DNA of 64,000 nt from contig CACZER010000001.1 of assembly GCA_902780195.1 (NCBI GenBank), positions 24,626 to 88,625 on the forward strand, written 5' to 3'. The stretch is from an uncultured Bacteroidia bacterium (GTDB lineage Bacteria; Bacteroidota; Bacteroidia; Bacteroidales; F082). A program made the position numbers and the translations under genes. The notes below the pieces were generated by a model. The model worked only from the letters and a program-made list of their open reading frames with translations, was not told where the DNA came from and made no database searches. How positions within the stretch are numbered: the stretch's first letter is position 1; the number at the start of each line of letters is the position of its first letter. This document shows, one piece after another, positions 1 to 9,438 of this stretch.

Positions 1-249
1 TACTTCAAAATGTCGGGCCAAGGCGGCAGTATGATACAGCCGCATCAGGTTGTCTTCAGAGGGCATCCCCGCGCCACCAAACATCACAACTTGCCGAGGG
101 GCAAAAGATTCAATTTCGAGGTTGGGACTTTTGCCAAGATTGTAATATCTATAAAAAGGCACTGAGGTAAAAGCTAGAGTGATTATGATGGCGGAAATGA
201 TTCCAAGAAGAAATAGCAGAATTTTTATTAAATTTGTTAATCGCTTCAT
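1..249 (-). CDS. DUF218 (ElyC/SanA/YdcF)-like membrane protein, N-terminal part; gene runs off the left edge
   Basis: The reverse complement of 249..1 is an open frame from an ATG: MKRLTNLIKILLFLLGIISAIIITLAFTSVPFYRYYNLGKSPNLEIESFAPRQVVMFGGAGMPSEDNLMRLYHTAALARHFEV. It has an N-terminal TM helix followed by a VV.FGG.G motif reminiscent of DUF218 proteins. It is absent from the ORF track because it has no stop codon in the window. Confidence 0.5.
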   Translation of the reverse strand, partial: MKRLTNLIKILLFLLGIISAIIITLAFTSVPFYRYYNLGKSPNLEIESFAPRQVVMFGGAGMPSEDNLMRLYHTAALARHFEV

Positions 250-327
250 TATAAATGAGTTAATATTATATGTAATGGAAAAGTGTGTAAAGATACGCTT
301 TTTTTTGGCGCTTGAAGGAATAATTTA

Positions 328-335
328 TATTTTTG
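328..335 (+). promoter_or_regulatory. Bacteroidota -7 promoter box (TATTTTTG) for lpxC
   Basis: Matches the TAnnTTTG consensus about 40 nt upstream of the ATG at 375. Confidence 0.5.
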
Positions 336-374
336 CACGTTTTTTGTGGAGATTATCCACATATTTGTCTTTTT

Positions 375-1286
375 ATGGAGAAACAATGTACGCTCAAAAA
401 TAGAGTCAGCGTTAGAGGAGCAGGTCTCCACACACGTCAGTGCGGTACCCTCACCTTCAACCCGGCTCCAATAAATTCAGGAATACGTTTTCGTAGAATT
501 GACCTGGAAAACCAGCCCATCATCGAAGCCGATGTTGACAATGTTATCGATACAGCCCGTGGTACTACCCTCGGCAAAGGCGGTGTTAAGATTTACACTG
601 TGGAGCATGTCTTGGCTTCCTTGCGTGGTATGGGTGTCGATAATGTGTTGATTGACATTGACGTGGAAGAAACACCTATCATGGATGGCAGTGCAAAGCA
701 TTTTGTTGAAGCCATTCACAAAGCTGGCATCGTCGAGCAGAACGCTTATCGCAACTATCTGGTCATCGAAGAGCCTATTTCCTACAAGAACGAGGTCTTG
801 GGCATTGAATTGAGCATTGAGCCTTGCGACAGGTTTGAAATCGATGTTAAGGTCAAGTATAACACGAGAGTGCTTGACGAGCAACATGCATCCTTGCATG
901 ACCTCAAGAACTTTGAAAATGAGATTGCCCCTTGCCGTACCTTTGTTTTCCTTCATGAATTGGAGACGCTCATCAGCCGTAACCTCATCAAAGGCGGTGA
1001 TTTGACCAATGCTATCGTGTTCGTCAACCGCAATGTTTCTTCCGAAGAGCTTGACCATATTGCCGCTTTCTTCAAGAAGCCAAAAGTAACGGTGAAAGAA
1101 TGTGGCATCCTGAACAATGTCGAGCTGTATTTCGACAATGAACCCGCTCGTCACAAGTTGCTGGATGTCATCGGCGACCTCACCTTGGTCGGCCGTCCTA
1201 TCAAGGGTAAGGTGACTGCCGTAAAGCCAGGCCATTTCTCCAACACCTCCTTTGCCAGAAAGATCAAACACACCTTATTATTCTAA
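375..1286 (+). CDS. lpxC: UDP-3-O-acyl-N-acetylglucosamine deacetylase (stand-alone LpxC, no FabZ domain)
   Basis: Contains TLKNRVSVRGAGLHTRQCGTLTFNPAPINSGIRFRRIDL, TTLGKGGVKIYTVEHVLASLRGMGVDN, ETPIMDGSA and HKLLDVIGDLTLVGRPIKGKVTAVKPGHFSN, which are classic LpxC motifs. The start is set at the internal ATG (MEKQCTLKN) downstream of the -7 box. lpxA follows after 2 nt. Confidence 0.9.
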   Translation: MEKQCTLKNRVSVRGAGLHTRQCGTLTFNPAPINSGIRFRRIDLENQPIIEADVDNVIDTARGTTLGKGGVKIYTVEHVLASLRGMGVDNVLIDIDVEETPIMDGSAKHFVEAIHKAGIVEQNAYRNYLVIEEPISYKNEVLGIELSIEPCDRFEIDVKVKYNTRVLDEQHASLHDLKNFENEIAPCRTFVFLHELETLISRNLIKGGDLTNAIVFVNRNVSSEELDHIAAFFKKPKVTVKECGILNNVELYFDNEPARHKLLDVIGDLTLVGRPIKGKVTAVKPGHFSNTSFARKIKHTLLF

Positions 1287-1288
1287 GC

Positions 1289-2080
1289 ATGAACCAGCCT
1301 TTAGCCTATATCCATCCAAATGCCCGCATCGCGGAAGACGTGAAGATTGAGGCGTTCGCTTGGATTGGCGAAGACGTTGAAATTGGTAGCGGCACATGGA
1401 TTGGCCCTAATGCCACCATTATGGATGGTGCGCGTATCGGTAAAAACTGCAAGATTTTTCCCGGAGCAGTCATCTCGGCCATTCCTCAAGATTTGAAATA
1501 CAAAGGTGAGAACACCTATTGCTATATAGGTGATGGCACTACCGTGCGTGAGTCTGCTACCGTCAACAAAGGAACCGTGGCTTCTGGAAAAACCGTGGTG
1601 GGCAAGGACTGCCTGCTGATGGCGTTCACCCATGTGGCGCACGACTGTGTTTTGGGCGACCATGTCATTATGGCCAACGCCGCCACACTGGCTGGCCACA
1701 TCACAGTCGACGATTGGGCTATCTTTGGCGGCTTGGCGGCAGTGAGCCAATTCTGCCGTATCGGTGCTCATGTGATGATTAGTGGAGGCGCTTTGGTTAA
1801 CAAGGACATTCCGCCGTTTGTGAAGACAGGCCCCAACTATCCTGTATGCTATGCTGGTGTCAATTCCATCGGTCTGATGCGTCGCGGCTTTTCGCGCGAG
1901 CGTATCAACGCCATACAAGATGTGTATCGCGTGATTTATAGCGTGGGCATGAATGTCACCCAGTCGGTTCAATACATTCGTGAGAATCTTCCCGCTTCGG
2001 AAGACCGCGATTTCATCCTCAATTTCATTGAGAGTTCTAAAATCGGCATCATGAAGAATGCTGTCGGGAACGAGGATTAA
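1289..2080 (+). CDS. lpxA: acyl-ACP--UDP-N-acetylglucosamine O-acyltransferase
   Basis: A 263-aa left-handed beta-helix protein with hexapeptide repeats (IHPNARIAEDVKIEAFAWIGEDVEIGSGTWIGPNATI...) and an LpxA-type C-terminal helical domain. It lies directly after lpxC. Confidence 0.9.
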   Translation: MNQPLAYIHPNARIAEDVKIEAFAWIGEDVEIGSGTWIGPNATIMDGARIGKNCKIFPGAVISAIPQDLKYKGENTYCYIGDGTTVRESATVNKGTVASGKTVVGKDCLLMAFTHVAHDCVLGDHVIMANAATLAGHITVDDWAIFGGLAAVSQFCRIGAHVMISGGALVNKDIPPFVKTGPNYPVCYAGVNSIGLMRRGFSRERINAIQDVYRVIYSVGMNVTQSVQYIRENLPASEDRDFILNFIESSKIGIMKNAVGNED

Positions 2081-3216
2081 GCTTTCCCCATTACCTTTTT
2101 GTACTCATCAAAAATCTGCTGCCCGATGTTTTGGACGGCAAATGTTCTTATGGCATAACTGCGAATGGCTTCGCGGTTGTATTCTTGATAATGGTCAAGC
2201 AGACTGTTCATGCCTTGTAACAAGGCTTCTTCATCACCTTGTGGGATAAGGATACCTCTCTCGTTATTGACAATCTCTGCGATGCCGCCAACAGAAGTGG
2301 AAAGCACTGGCACGCCACTGGCAAAGGCCTCTACGATGACACAGGGCAGGTTCTCGAAGTTGGAAAACAACACGAAGAAATCGGCATTTTGATAGGCTTC
2401 GGCTACCTCGGCAGAGGTTTTCTTCCCATGGAAGATGACGCAGTCCTCCAAGTGGCGTTCTTTCACAAACGTCTTGAATTCTGGAGCATCATAGTCGTGG
2501 ATGACGTGCAGCTCAAAGTCGTCACGCTGCTGCCTTAATCTTTCAATAACACGTAGGATGCCACTGAAGTTCTTGGCCTCGTCGCGCAAGGTGGAGATGT
2601 GGAGGATTTGTTTCTTACCTGAGGTGTGTGGCGCTCCAAGCTTGAAAATGTCCGTATTCACGAGATTGTATATTACCTTGAAGCGGTTATGGATGCCATG
2701 CCCTTCCATGCAACGCTGTAAATCGAGGCTGACGGGCATGATGAGCTCGGCATTGTTGGCAATCTTGACGATTTTGCGTTTCAGCTTTCCGACCAAAACC
2801 TCCTTGTTCTGCGGCTGGTAGATGGTCCAGTGTTCGGTGAGGACATATTTGTAGCCAAAGAGTTTCTTCCAAAGCAAGGCAACTTGCCCAAGCGGGTACG
2901 CGACATGCAAATGAATCAAGTCAGGCTTGAAGAAACGTTGCTTGAGGTATTTCAAGCCGTATTGGTACATTCGCAGCATCTTGAGTTTGCGAACGATGCT
3001 GTTTTTTGGTGGACGAATATAGATCTGCACATGGGTGTGGTGCGCCCCAGGAATCTCCTTGACTTCAAATGATTTCGTCATGTCCTTACCGTCGCAGACA
3101 GAGAGGATGACGGAATGGCAATCTTCAGGCAATGCGTCAATCATGCGGACGCAGAAGTTGCCCAAGGTGGGGTCGTCGGGAGTAGGGAACCAACTTAGCA
3201 GGTGCAGAACGTTCAT
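2077..3216 (-). CDS. glycosyltransferase family 4 (GT-B, group 1)
   Basis: 379 aa. The C-terminal half carries the EAFASGVPVLSTSVGGIAEIV / E-x7-E type GT1/GT4 signature. It is the last gene of the minus-strand string. Confidence 0.8.
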   Translation of the reverse strand: MNVLHLLSWFPTPDDPTLGNFCVRMIDALPEDCHSVILSVCDGKDMTKSFEVKEIPGAHHTHVQIYIRPPKNSIVRKLKMLRMYQYGLKYLKQRFFKPDLIHLHVAYPLGQVALLWKKLFGYKYVLTEHWTIYQPQNKEVLVGKLKRKIVKIANNAELIMPVSLDLQRCMEGHGIHNRFKVIYNLVNTDIFKLGAPHTSGKKQILHISTLRDEAKNFSGILRVIERLRQQRDDFELHVIHDYDAPEFKTFVKERHLEDCVIFHGKKTSAEVAEAYQNADFFVLFSNFENLPCVIVEAFASGVPVLSTSVGGIAEIVNNERGILIPQGDEEALLQGMNSLLDHYQEYNREAIRSYAIRTFAVQNIGQQIFDEYKKVMGKA

Positions 3217-3219
3217 CGT

Positions 3220-4026
3220 TTAGCAAATATGCGTTTTAATATCAATTTCGAAATATTTCTTAGGCATCTCATACGGCACAAGCTTATGCGTGGCGAAGTC
3301 TTCAGGCAGGTAAACGGCGCACAAGGTGTTGGATACATGATAGATGTGCTTGCGCTTCTCGGCAGGTGCACCGTCCAAGATGGCGCCCATTACGTCCCAG
3401 CGGATGGTCTCTGGGTCGAGGCCATAGTCGTGCCATACGATGATGCTGCGCTCTTCTTTCAACAGTTTGAAGGCCGTCTCGGTGTCCTTCTTCACGCTTT
3501 CGTAATGGTGGTCGCCATCCACGAAGACCATATCGTACTTGCCAAAATGCGGGCCGAAGTCAAAAGCCTGAGAGTCACCGTAGAGTTGTTCCACGTTGTC
3601 CAAATCCTTGCTAAAGAAGCTGTGCAAGTCGGCGTATAACTGGTTTTTGGTCAACTTGACGATGTCTTCCTTTGGTAGGTTGAAGGTGACGCAATGCTCG
3701 GCCACATCGGCTAGATTGGCCACGCTCTCGCCGCGCCAAGTGCCGATTTCGAAGTAGTCCTTCACTTCGTAGCGTTTCGCCAATGCCCTTAACAAGGCAA
3801 TGTCGATGGGCATGGTGGCACCCGAAAGATAGGCGTATGGTTTCGCGATTTCGTGGAAATCAGGGAACAATTCGTTGATTTCGATGACGGGCAGGCCGTC
3901 AGCGAGACCATATTTCCGGATGACGTCTTCCTTGTTGCTGCCTTCGTCTTGAAGGACGAGGTTGAGCAGGTAAGGATGCTTGATGATTCGCCCAAGGGCT
4001 TTGGTGAATTTATGGAGTTTATTCAT
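3220..4026 (-). CDS. class I SAM-dependent methyltransferase (Methyltransf_24 / O-methyltransferase-like)
   Basis: Has the motif I-like FEIGTWRGES and the MVFVDGDHHYESVKKD signature. It sits between the flippase and the GT4. Confidence 0.7.
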   Translation of the reverse strand: MNKLHKFTKALGRIIKHPYLLNLVLQDEGSNKEDVIRKYGLADGLPVIEINELFPDFHEIAKPYAYLSGATMPIDIALLRALAKRYEVKDYFEIGTWRGESVANLADVAEHCVTFNLPKEDIVKLTKNQLYADLHSFFSKDLDNVEQLYGDSQAFDFGPHFGKYDMVFVDGDHHYESVKKDTETAFKLLKEERSIIVWHDYGLDPETIRWDVMGAILDGAPAEKRKHIYHVSNTLCAVYLPEDFATHKLVPYEMPKKYFEIDIKTHIC

Positions 4027-5356
4027 TTTCGATAGGTTGTTTCAAGAATTGTTGTTTCAGACCGGCGATGTAGTTCTGTATCTCGCTCTTGGTTAACAGG
4101 AAGTCACGGCCTTTGAAGTGCGACTCCTTGACGAAGAACACGAACAGGAACACTGCGTTGACCGTATACGACACCGCCGAGGTGATGGCTGCACCTGTGA
4201 CGTCATAGCGAGGTATCAGCGTGAAGCCGCATACGAAGGTGACGACCAGTCCGCAGAGTGCCGCAAAGGTGTTCATCTGATAACGTCCGGTACCCGAGTA
4301 ATAGTGTCCGAGGATGAGGAAAATGCAGTAGAGCAAGATGCCTGGTGCGAGTATGCGGATAAGTCCTGCCATCTCGCCGAACTCGGGACCGAATACGAAG
4401 GTGTAAACCGCAGGCGGTAACAGACACAACACCACGACAGCCACGGCGGAGATGAGCAGACAGATTTTGCTTAAATCGAGGGTGAGCTTTTGCGCGTAAG
4501 CACGGTCGTCGGCGTTGGAGATACGGGCATATTGCACGAGAGCGATGCTGTTGCTGATGATCCAGATGGCCTCGGCGAGTGAGAGGGCATTGGAGAACAC
4601 CCCCACGCGTCCCACGCTGATGTATTTGTCCAACAGATAGTAACTCAAGCGAAGGTTGAAGAACTGCACGAAGTGCCCCGTCTGGTTAAGGAAACCGTAT
4701 TTGAAGAGGTCTTTCAAGACGGGTTTGTAGTCCTTGTCCGTATCACGACGCAGGTTGGCATATTCTTTGCGCAGCATCCACACACCCAGAAGGAATGTGC
4801 CCCCGTAGGCGGCATACAGCCCGATGACATAGCCGTAGATGTCGGTTCGTTTCAGCAAGATATAATAGATGACCAAGGTCAAAGCCAAAAGCACAGGTTG
4901 GAGCAGCGTGTTGTAGTTGGCCTTCTTGATTTCTTCCTTGCCGACTAAAAAACGGAAATTGATGTTACTGAGCGAGGAGATGAACGATAGGATGGCCACA
5001 TGTGCAATCAAATCGGGTGCCAACTTTGGATAGAACAGCCAGATGGCGAAACCCATGATCACTGCAATGAGGGCCGCCCAAATGGTTGAGGCCACGAGTA
5101 TCTTCTTGAACGAATGACGCGGGGCGAGGTAGATGATGCTCGCGCCACAGATGATATCGGAAAAGATGAGGATGAAGGAGATGGTGGTCAAAAGCAGTGC
5201 CTGGGTACCTTTGCCTGTGTCGCCCAGGGTTTGGGAGATGATAATGGCAATGGCGAAGTTGATGGCCGCCGCCAGTATTTTGGTTCCAAAGGTATTTAGG
5301 ATTTTCTTGAACACGGGATTACTCAGTTTATCAACGGCAAAATTAGTAACAATCAA
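4019..5356 (-). CDS. polysaccharide/oligosaccharide flippase (MOP superfamily, Wzx-like)
   Basis: A 445-aa polytopic membrane protein with about 12 hydrophobic segments. It overlaps both neighbours (8 nt and 4 nt). Confidence 0.7.
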   Translation of the reverse strand: MIVTNFAVDKLSNPVFKKILNTFGTKILAAAINFAIAIIISQTLGDTGKGTQALLLTTISFILIFSDIICGASIIYLAPRHSFKKILVASTIWAALIAVIMGFAIWLFYPKLAPDLIAHVAILSFISSLSNINFRFLVGKEEIKKANYNTLLQPVLLALTLVIYYILLKRTDIYGYVIGLYAAYGGTFLLGVWMLRKEYANLRRDTDKDYKPVLKDLFKYGFLNQTGHFVQFFNLRLSYYLLDKYISVGRVGVFSNALSLAEAIWIISNSIALVQYARISNADDRAYAQKLTLDLSKICLLISAVAVVVLCLLPPAVYTFVFGPEFGEMAGLIRILAPGILLYCIFLILGHYYSGTGRYQMNTFAALCGLVVTFVCGFTLIPRYDVTGAAITSAVSYTVNAVFLFVFFVKESHFKGRDFLLTKSEIQNYIAGLKQQFLKQPIENE

Positions 5357-6408
5357 TTATTTCTCCAAATCTTCCCACTGCAACTGTCACTTTCAGCCCC
5401 GGTTACTGAAGACAGCACATTGGTCTTTCCCTCCAGTCTCAAAAGCCCGAGGAAAGCAAAGACCAAAGCCTCCTTGTAGTCGATAATCATCTTATCGGGG
5501 ATGACGACTTCATGCGAGCTGCGGGCTTGAAGGCGTTCCATAAGGAATTTGTTCCTCGCACCGCCACCGGTGACGAGGATCTTCCCCTTGGGCAGATGGC
5601 TCACTCCCAATGCAATTTGCAAGGCGATGTGCTCCACAAAGGTGGCCAGCATGTTTGGCACAGAGGGGCCTTGCAAAAGGTCTTTTTGGCTGGCCTCAAA
5701 GAACTCACGGCCCAATGATTTCGGCGGAAACTGTCCATAGAAAGGATGCCTGTTCAGCTGTTTCAGCAGCGTAATGTCGACCTTGCCACTACGAGCTAGC
5801 TCCCCGTCACGGTCGTAAGGCAGACCATTCATCTGGGCAAGATAATTGAGGGCTTGGTTGGCGATGCAGAGGTCGAAGGCGATGCGCTTGCCGTCTTCGT
5901 CATAGGAGACGTTGGCGATGCCGCCGATGTTGAGGCAGATCTCATAGTCGTCGAAAAGCAATTTGTCGCCAATGGGAACGAGCGGTGCGCCTTGTCCACC
6001 CTTGCTGACATCCTCGCTGCGGAAATCGTTGATGACGGTGAAGCCACAAGCCTTGGCCAACTCTTGTCCGTCGCCGATTTGCAACGTGTAATGCTTCTCG
6101 GGACGGTGGAAGATGGTGTGGCCGTGCGAAGCCACGAAGTCGGGCGTGGCATTATGCTTCTTTGCGAAAGCCAGCACCTGCTCGCCTAGGTATTTGCCGT
6201 AGTCCTTGTCCAGCTGCACCAAGTCTTCAGGCTGTTTGTGGAAGGCTTCGGAGAGTTGCTTGGTCCAGTATTCAGGATAGGGTAGGGTCTCGGCCTGCAA
6301 GATTTGGAAGTGATATTTGCAATCCTCTTCTTGGAAGCGCACAAGGGCGATATCCAGCCCGTCTAACGAGCTGCCCGACATCAATCCTATGGCGATGGTT
6401 TCTTTCAT
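5353..6408 (-). CDS. anmK: anhydro-N-acetylmuramic acid kinase
   Basis: The N-terminus IGLMSGSSLDGLDIALV, GGGARN and the ~350-aa length are typical of AnmK. Confidence 0.85.
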   Translation of the reverse strand: MKETIAIGLMSGSSLDGLDIALVRFQEEDCKYHFQILQAETLPYPEYWTKQLSEAFHKQPEDLVQLDKDYGKYLGEQVLAFAKKHNATPDFVASHGHTIFHRPEKHYTLQIGDGQELAKACGFTVINDFRSEDVSKGGQGAPLVPIGDKLLFDDYEICLNIGGIANVSYDEDGKRIAFDLCIANQALNYLAQMNGLPYDRDGELARSGKVDITLLKQLNRHPFYGQFPPKSLGREFFEASQKDLLQGPSVPNMLATFVEHIALQIALGVSHLPKGKILVTGGGARNKFLMERLQARSSHEVVIPDKMIIDYKEALVFAFLGLLRLEGKTNVLSSVTGAESDSCSGKIWRNN

Positions 6409-7692
6409 TTATAATAACGGTAACACCTTCCCCAATTGTATGCTATTTGATCCTTTGACGAGTATCGTCTTTCCGCTGATAGGATGGCTCTCAAGGTATT
6501 GGCATAAGTCTTCCACTTTTGTGAAGGTCTTCCAATCAGGGTTCTCGTTGTAGGTGCAGAAGTTCGACCCGACCAACAAAGCTTCCTTGAATTTCAACTC
6601 TTTCACCAAGTCAAGGATGTTACGGTGCTCTTCTTCTGACGCATTTCCTAGTTCGCGCATGTCACCTAATAATAATAGGTGTTGTTCTCCACAGATGCGG
6701 GCAAAGTTAATCAAAGCAGCGCGCATGGAGGTGGGGTTGGCGTTGTAGGCATCCATGATGATGCGGTTCTTGCCAGTCTCAATTACCTGCGAGCGGCTGT
6801 TGGTGGGCGTGTAAGCCTCCAAGGCTTCGATGATGGCGTTCTCGTCCACGCCGAAATACTGTCCCACGCAGATGGCGGCAGCCACATTCTCGAAATTGTA
6901 GCTTCCCACGAGATGGGTCTGAACGAGGTGGTTTTTCCAGCCGACACTCAAATATGGGTTGCAGGCAGCAGGGGCAACAGGGCAGAAGGCAGCGCAATGG
7001 CGACCGTAACTGATGCGTTCCTGCCCCTCGGATTGTTCCCATAGTAGCGGGTTGCCTTGGTTGACGAAGACGGCCTTGCCGTTGGCTTTGATGTGTCTAT
7101 AGAGCTCAGTCTTGGTCTTGATGACGCCCTCGAAGCTGCCAAAGCCTTCCAGATGTGCCTTCCCAATGTTGGTGATGAGACCATAGTCGGGGTCAGCGAT
7201 CTTGCATAGGAAATCAATTTCACCAGGATGGTTGGCCCCCATCTCCACGACGGCGATTTCGGTCTCGGGCTTGATGCTAAGCAGGGTGAGCGGAACTCCG
7301 ATGTGGTTGTTGAGGTTGCCCAGGGTGTGGATAATATTATATTTCTTAGCCAGTACAGCTGAGACGAGCTCCTTGGTGGTTGTCTTGCCGTTGGTTCCGG
7401 TGATGCTGAACACTGTGGCCTTGCTTTGTGAGCGGTGGTAGGCTGCGAGGTCTTGCAGTGTCTTCAGCGAATCGTCAACGATGAGGATGCGCTCGTGATG
7501 GGGCAGGTCCTTACGGTCGGCGACGACGAGGCTCGCCACACCTTGCTCGGCCACATGAAGGGCAAAATCATTGGCGTCGAAGTTTTCTCCTTTCAAAGCG
7601 AAGAAGACAGCGTCATGCTCGATCTTGCGGCTATCAGTGGATACTTTGTGGGCCTTCAAATAGTGCTGATATATAGTCTCAATAGTGCTCAT
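6409..7692 (-). CDS. murF: UDP-N-acetylmuramoyl-tripeptide--D-alanyl-D-alanine ligase
   Basis: Has the Mur ligase P-loop ITGTNGKTTTKE, DAYNANPTSM, 427 aa and MurF-type N- and C-domains. Confidence 0.9.
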   Translation of the reverse strand: MSTIETIYQHYLKAHKVSTDSRKIEHDAVFFALKGENFDANDFALHVAEQGVASLVVADRKDLPHHERILIVDDSLKTLQDLAAYHRSQSKATVFSITGTNGKTTTKELVSAVLAKKYNIIHTLGNLNNHIGVPLTLLSIKPETEIAVVEMGANHPGEIDFLCKIADPDYGLITNIGKAHLEGFGSFEGVIKTKTELYRHIKANGKAVFVNQGNPLLWEQSEGQERISYGRHCAAFCPVAPAACNPYLSVGWKNHLVQTHLVGSYNFENVAAAICVGQYFGVDENAIIEALEAYTPTNSRSQVIETGKNRIIMDAYNANPTSMRAALINFARICGEQHLLLLGDMRELGNASEEEHRNILDLVKELKFKEALLVGSNFCTYNENPDWKTFTKVEDLCQYLESHPISGKTILVKGSNSIQLGKVLPLL

Positions 7693-7768
7693 GGTATTTG
7701 TTTTTAATGAAAGAAGCCGCCTGACGGATCAAACGGCTTCAATGCTATCATGAAAAAGAATCTATTAT

Positions 7769-9259
7769 TTACTTGGCAAATGAGCTACCCACCTTGTTCA
7801 TGGCACAACGGAAACCGATGGTCGATGCTGACTGGTTTTGGTTAAGGAAGCGGCGATTGCCGGGGCTCAGATAGTAAGGTCCGTCGGCCCAAGAACCTCC
7901 TTTATAAACTCTCGATTCATCGCTGATAAGCGTGGTGCCAGGGTTGTCGTTGGTGGCATATTCGTACATCTCCTTGGTGAAAACGCTTTGGTCGTCCTGA
8001 TTGTCATTCCACCTGTTGCGGATGGCTGACATGTAGTCACCGTCGGCGTAGTTGGAATTAAAGCTCGTGCGGTAGTTCTGGCGTTTTGCGGCTTCTTCTT
8101 GTGGGATGGGTTCTCTTCTGATACGACCCAAGGAGTCTTTCTGAAGGAGGAAGCCTTCGTCGTCGACGGCCTTGCGGGTGAACACATTACCACGGAATGG
8201 GCTATAGTCGGCAACGTCTTCGAAGGAAAGCGGACGATAGACATCTTGGCACCATTCTGAAACGTTACCAGCCATGTTGTACAAACCGTAGTCGTTGGGC
8301 CAATAAGAGCCGACGGGAGCAGGAAGTGCGGCACCATCGTTCAGGTGGCCGGCAACACCCATATAGTCACCAGGGCCTCTCTTGAAGTTGGCCATGAAGC
8401 TGCCATAGTATTTCTTGTTGTCGGTGCGCAGGCCGTCACCATTCCAAGGATAAACTTTTCTTTCGCTAACGATTTCGTTGGAGGTGTTGCCCACCAGGCC
8501 AACAGCGGCATATTCCCATTCAGCTTCCGTGGGGAGACGATAGGAAGGCAGAAGAATGCCGTCTTCCATGCGGATGTTACGCAGGCCGTCACCACCTTTT
8601 GAAAGGTCCTTCTTGCCGTTTTTTACCTTGCCGGTGTATTGTCCAGCCAAATATGCATCGGTGTTGAAGTTTTCTTCATCCTGTTGGGTGGGGTCCCAAT
8701 CCAGAATGCCGGCTTCAACAAGCATCAATTCGTTGACACGGTCGGTGCGCCACGAACAGTAGTCGTTGGCTTGTACCCATGTCACACCTACCACAGGATA
8801 ATCGTTGTAGGAAGGATGGCGGAAGTAAATCTCCACCATAGGCTCGTTATAAGATAAACGGTCACGCCACACCAGCGTGTCAGGCAAGGCATTGCGAACA
8901 ACTTGTGGGTAGTTCTGGCCGTACACGCGGTTTAACCAATAGATGTATTCCTGATAATCCACGTTACTGACTTCGGTGCGGTCCATGAGGAACGAAGGCA
9001 CTGTAACCTTACGTGGGGTATTATCCCATGAATAGGTGATATTGTCCGTCGTGGCACCCATGACGAAAGTGCCGCCTTCAATGGCAATCAAACCGGGGCC
9101 GATTTCTTGGTCGTTGATTTCGGCAACTTCAAAACCGCCATTGTTGGCGTCGTTATAAGCCCAACCGGTGGTTCTTGAAGACTTCTTGGCGCAGGATGCT
9201 GTGAGAAGCCCTGCCAGAACGATGACTGCTAATGTCTTGAATCCTGATTTTCTATACAT
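7769..9259 (-). CDS. gldJ: GldJ-like SUMF1/FGE-fold lipoprotein (GldJ / PorK-GldK family)
   Basis: Has a lipoprotein signal (LAGLLTASC). It contains TGWAYNDANNGGFE, IEGGTFVMG, PSFLMDRTEVSNVDY, DTLVWRDRLSYNEP, HPSYNDYPVVGVTWVQANDYCSWRTDRVNE and GGSWAD. It lies divergent from porU. The start is taken at the ATG (MYRKSG) rather than the upstream TTG. Confidence 0.75.
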   Translation of the reverse strand: MYRKSGFKTLAVIVLAGLLTASCAKKSSRTTGWAYNDANNGGFEVAEINDQEIGPGLIAIEGGTFVMGATTDNITYSWDNTPRKVTVPSFLMDRTEVSNVDYQEYIYWLNRVYGQNYPQVVRNALPDTLVWRDRLSYNEPMVEIYFRHPSYNDYPVVGVTWVQANDYCSWRTDRVNELMLVEAGILDWDPTQQDEENFNTDAYLAGQYTGKVKNGKKDLSKGGDGLRNIRMEDGILLPSYRLPTEAEWEYAAVGLVGNTSNEIVSERKVYPWNGDGLRTDNKKYYGSFMANFKRGPGDYMGVAGHLNDGAALPAPVGSYWPNDYGLYNMAGNVSEWCQDVYRPLSFEDVADYSPFRGNVFTRKAVDDEGFLLQKDSLGRIRREPIPQEEAAKRQNYRTSFNSNYADGDYMSAIRNRWNDNQDDQSVFTKEMYEYATNDNPGTTLISDESRVYKGGSWADGPYYLSPGNRRFLNQNQSASTIGFRCAMNKVGSSFAK

Positions 9260-9438
9260 TTTTGACAAAAATTTGTATCTATAACTCTGTTATTTTCCTT
9301 TTATTGTACCCCTCAACGATATTTTTTTCAACATTTATCATCATTTTTTTCTTCAAAAAAACATTTTAGGGTTGTTTTGATCAATGTAGTATAGTTTTTT
9401 AATTAGTTGATTTAAAATGATTTAAAAACAAAAAATGG

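Noticed and set aside
477-1972. Minus-strand ORFs of 264 aa and 223 aa opposite lpxC and lpxA.
   Set aside because: The plus-strand frames carry definitive LpxC and LpxA motifs, and the antisense products show no features.
2077-2080. The overlapping convergent stop codons of lpxA and the GT4 gene (TTAA).
   Set aside because: The overlap is real. It is a trivial consequence of compact gene packing and not a feature in itself.
7713-7740. GAAGCCG...CGGCTTC, a 7-bp stem with a 14-nt loop between gldJ and murF, considered as a possible minus-strand terminator.
   Set aside because: The loop is large, the stem is short and only a poor U-tract follows. This is not enough to claim termination between the two genes.
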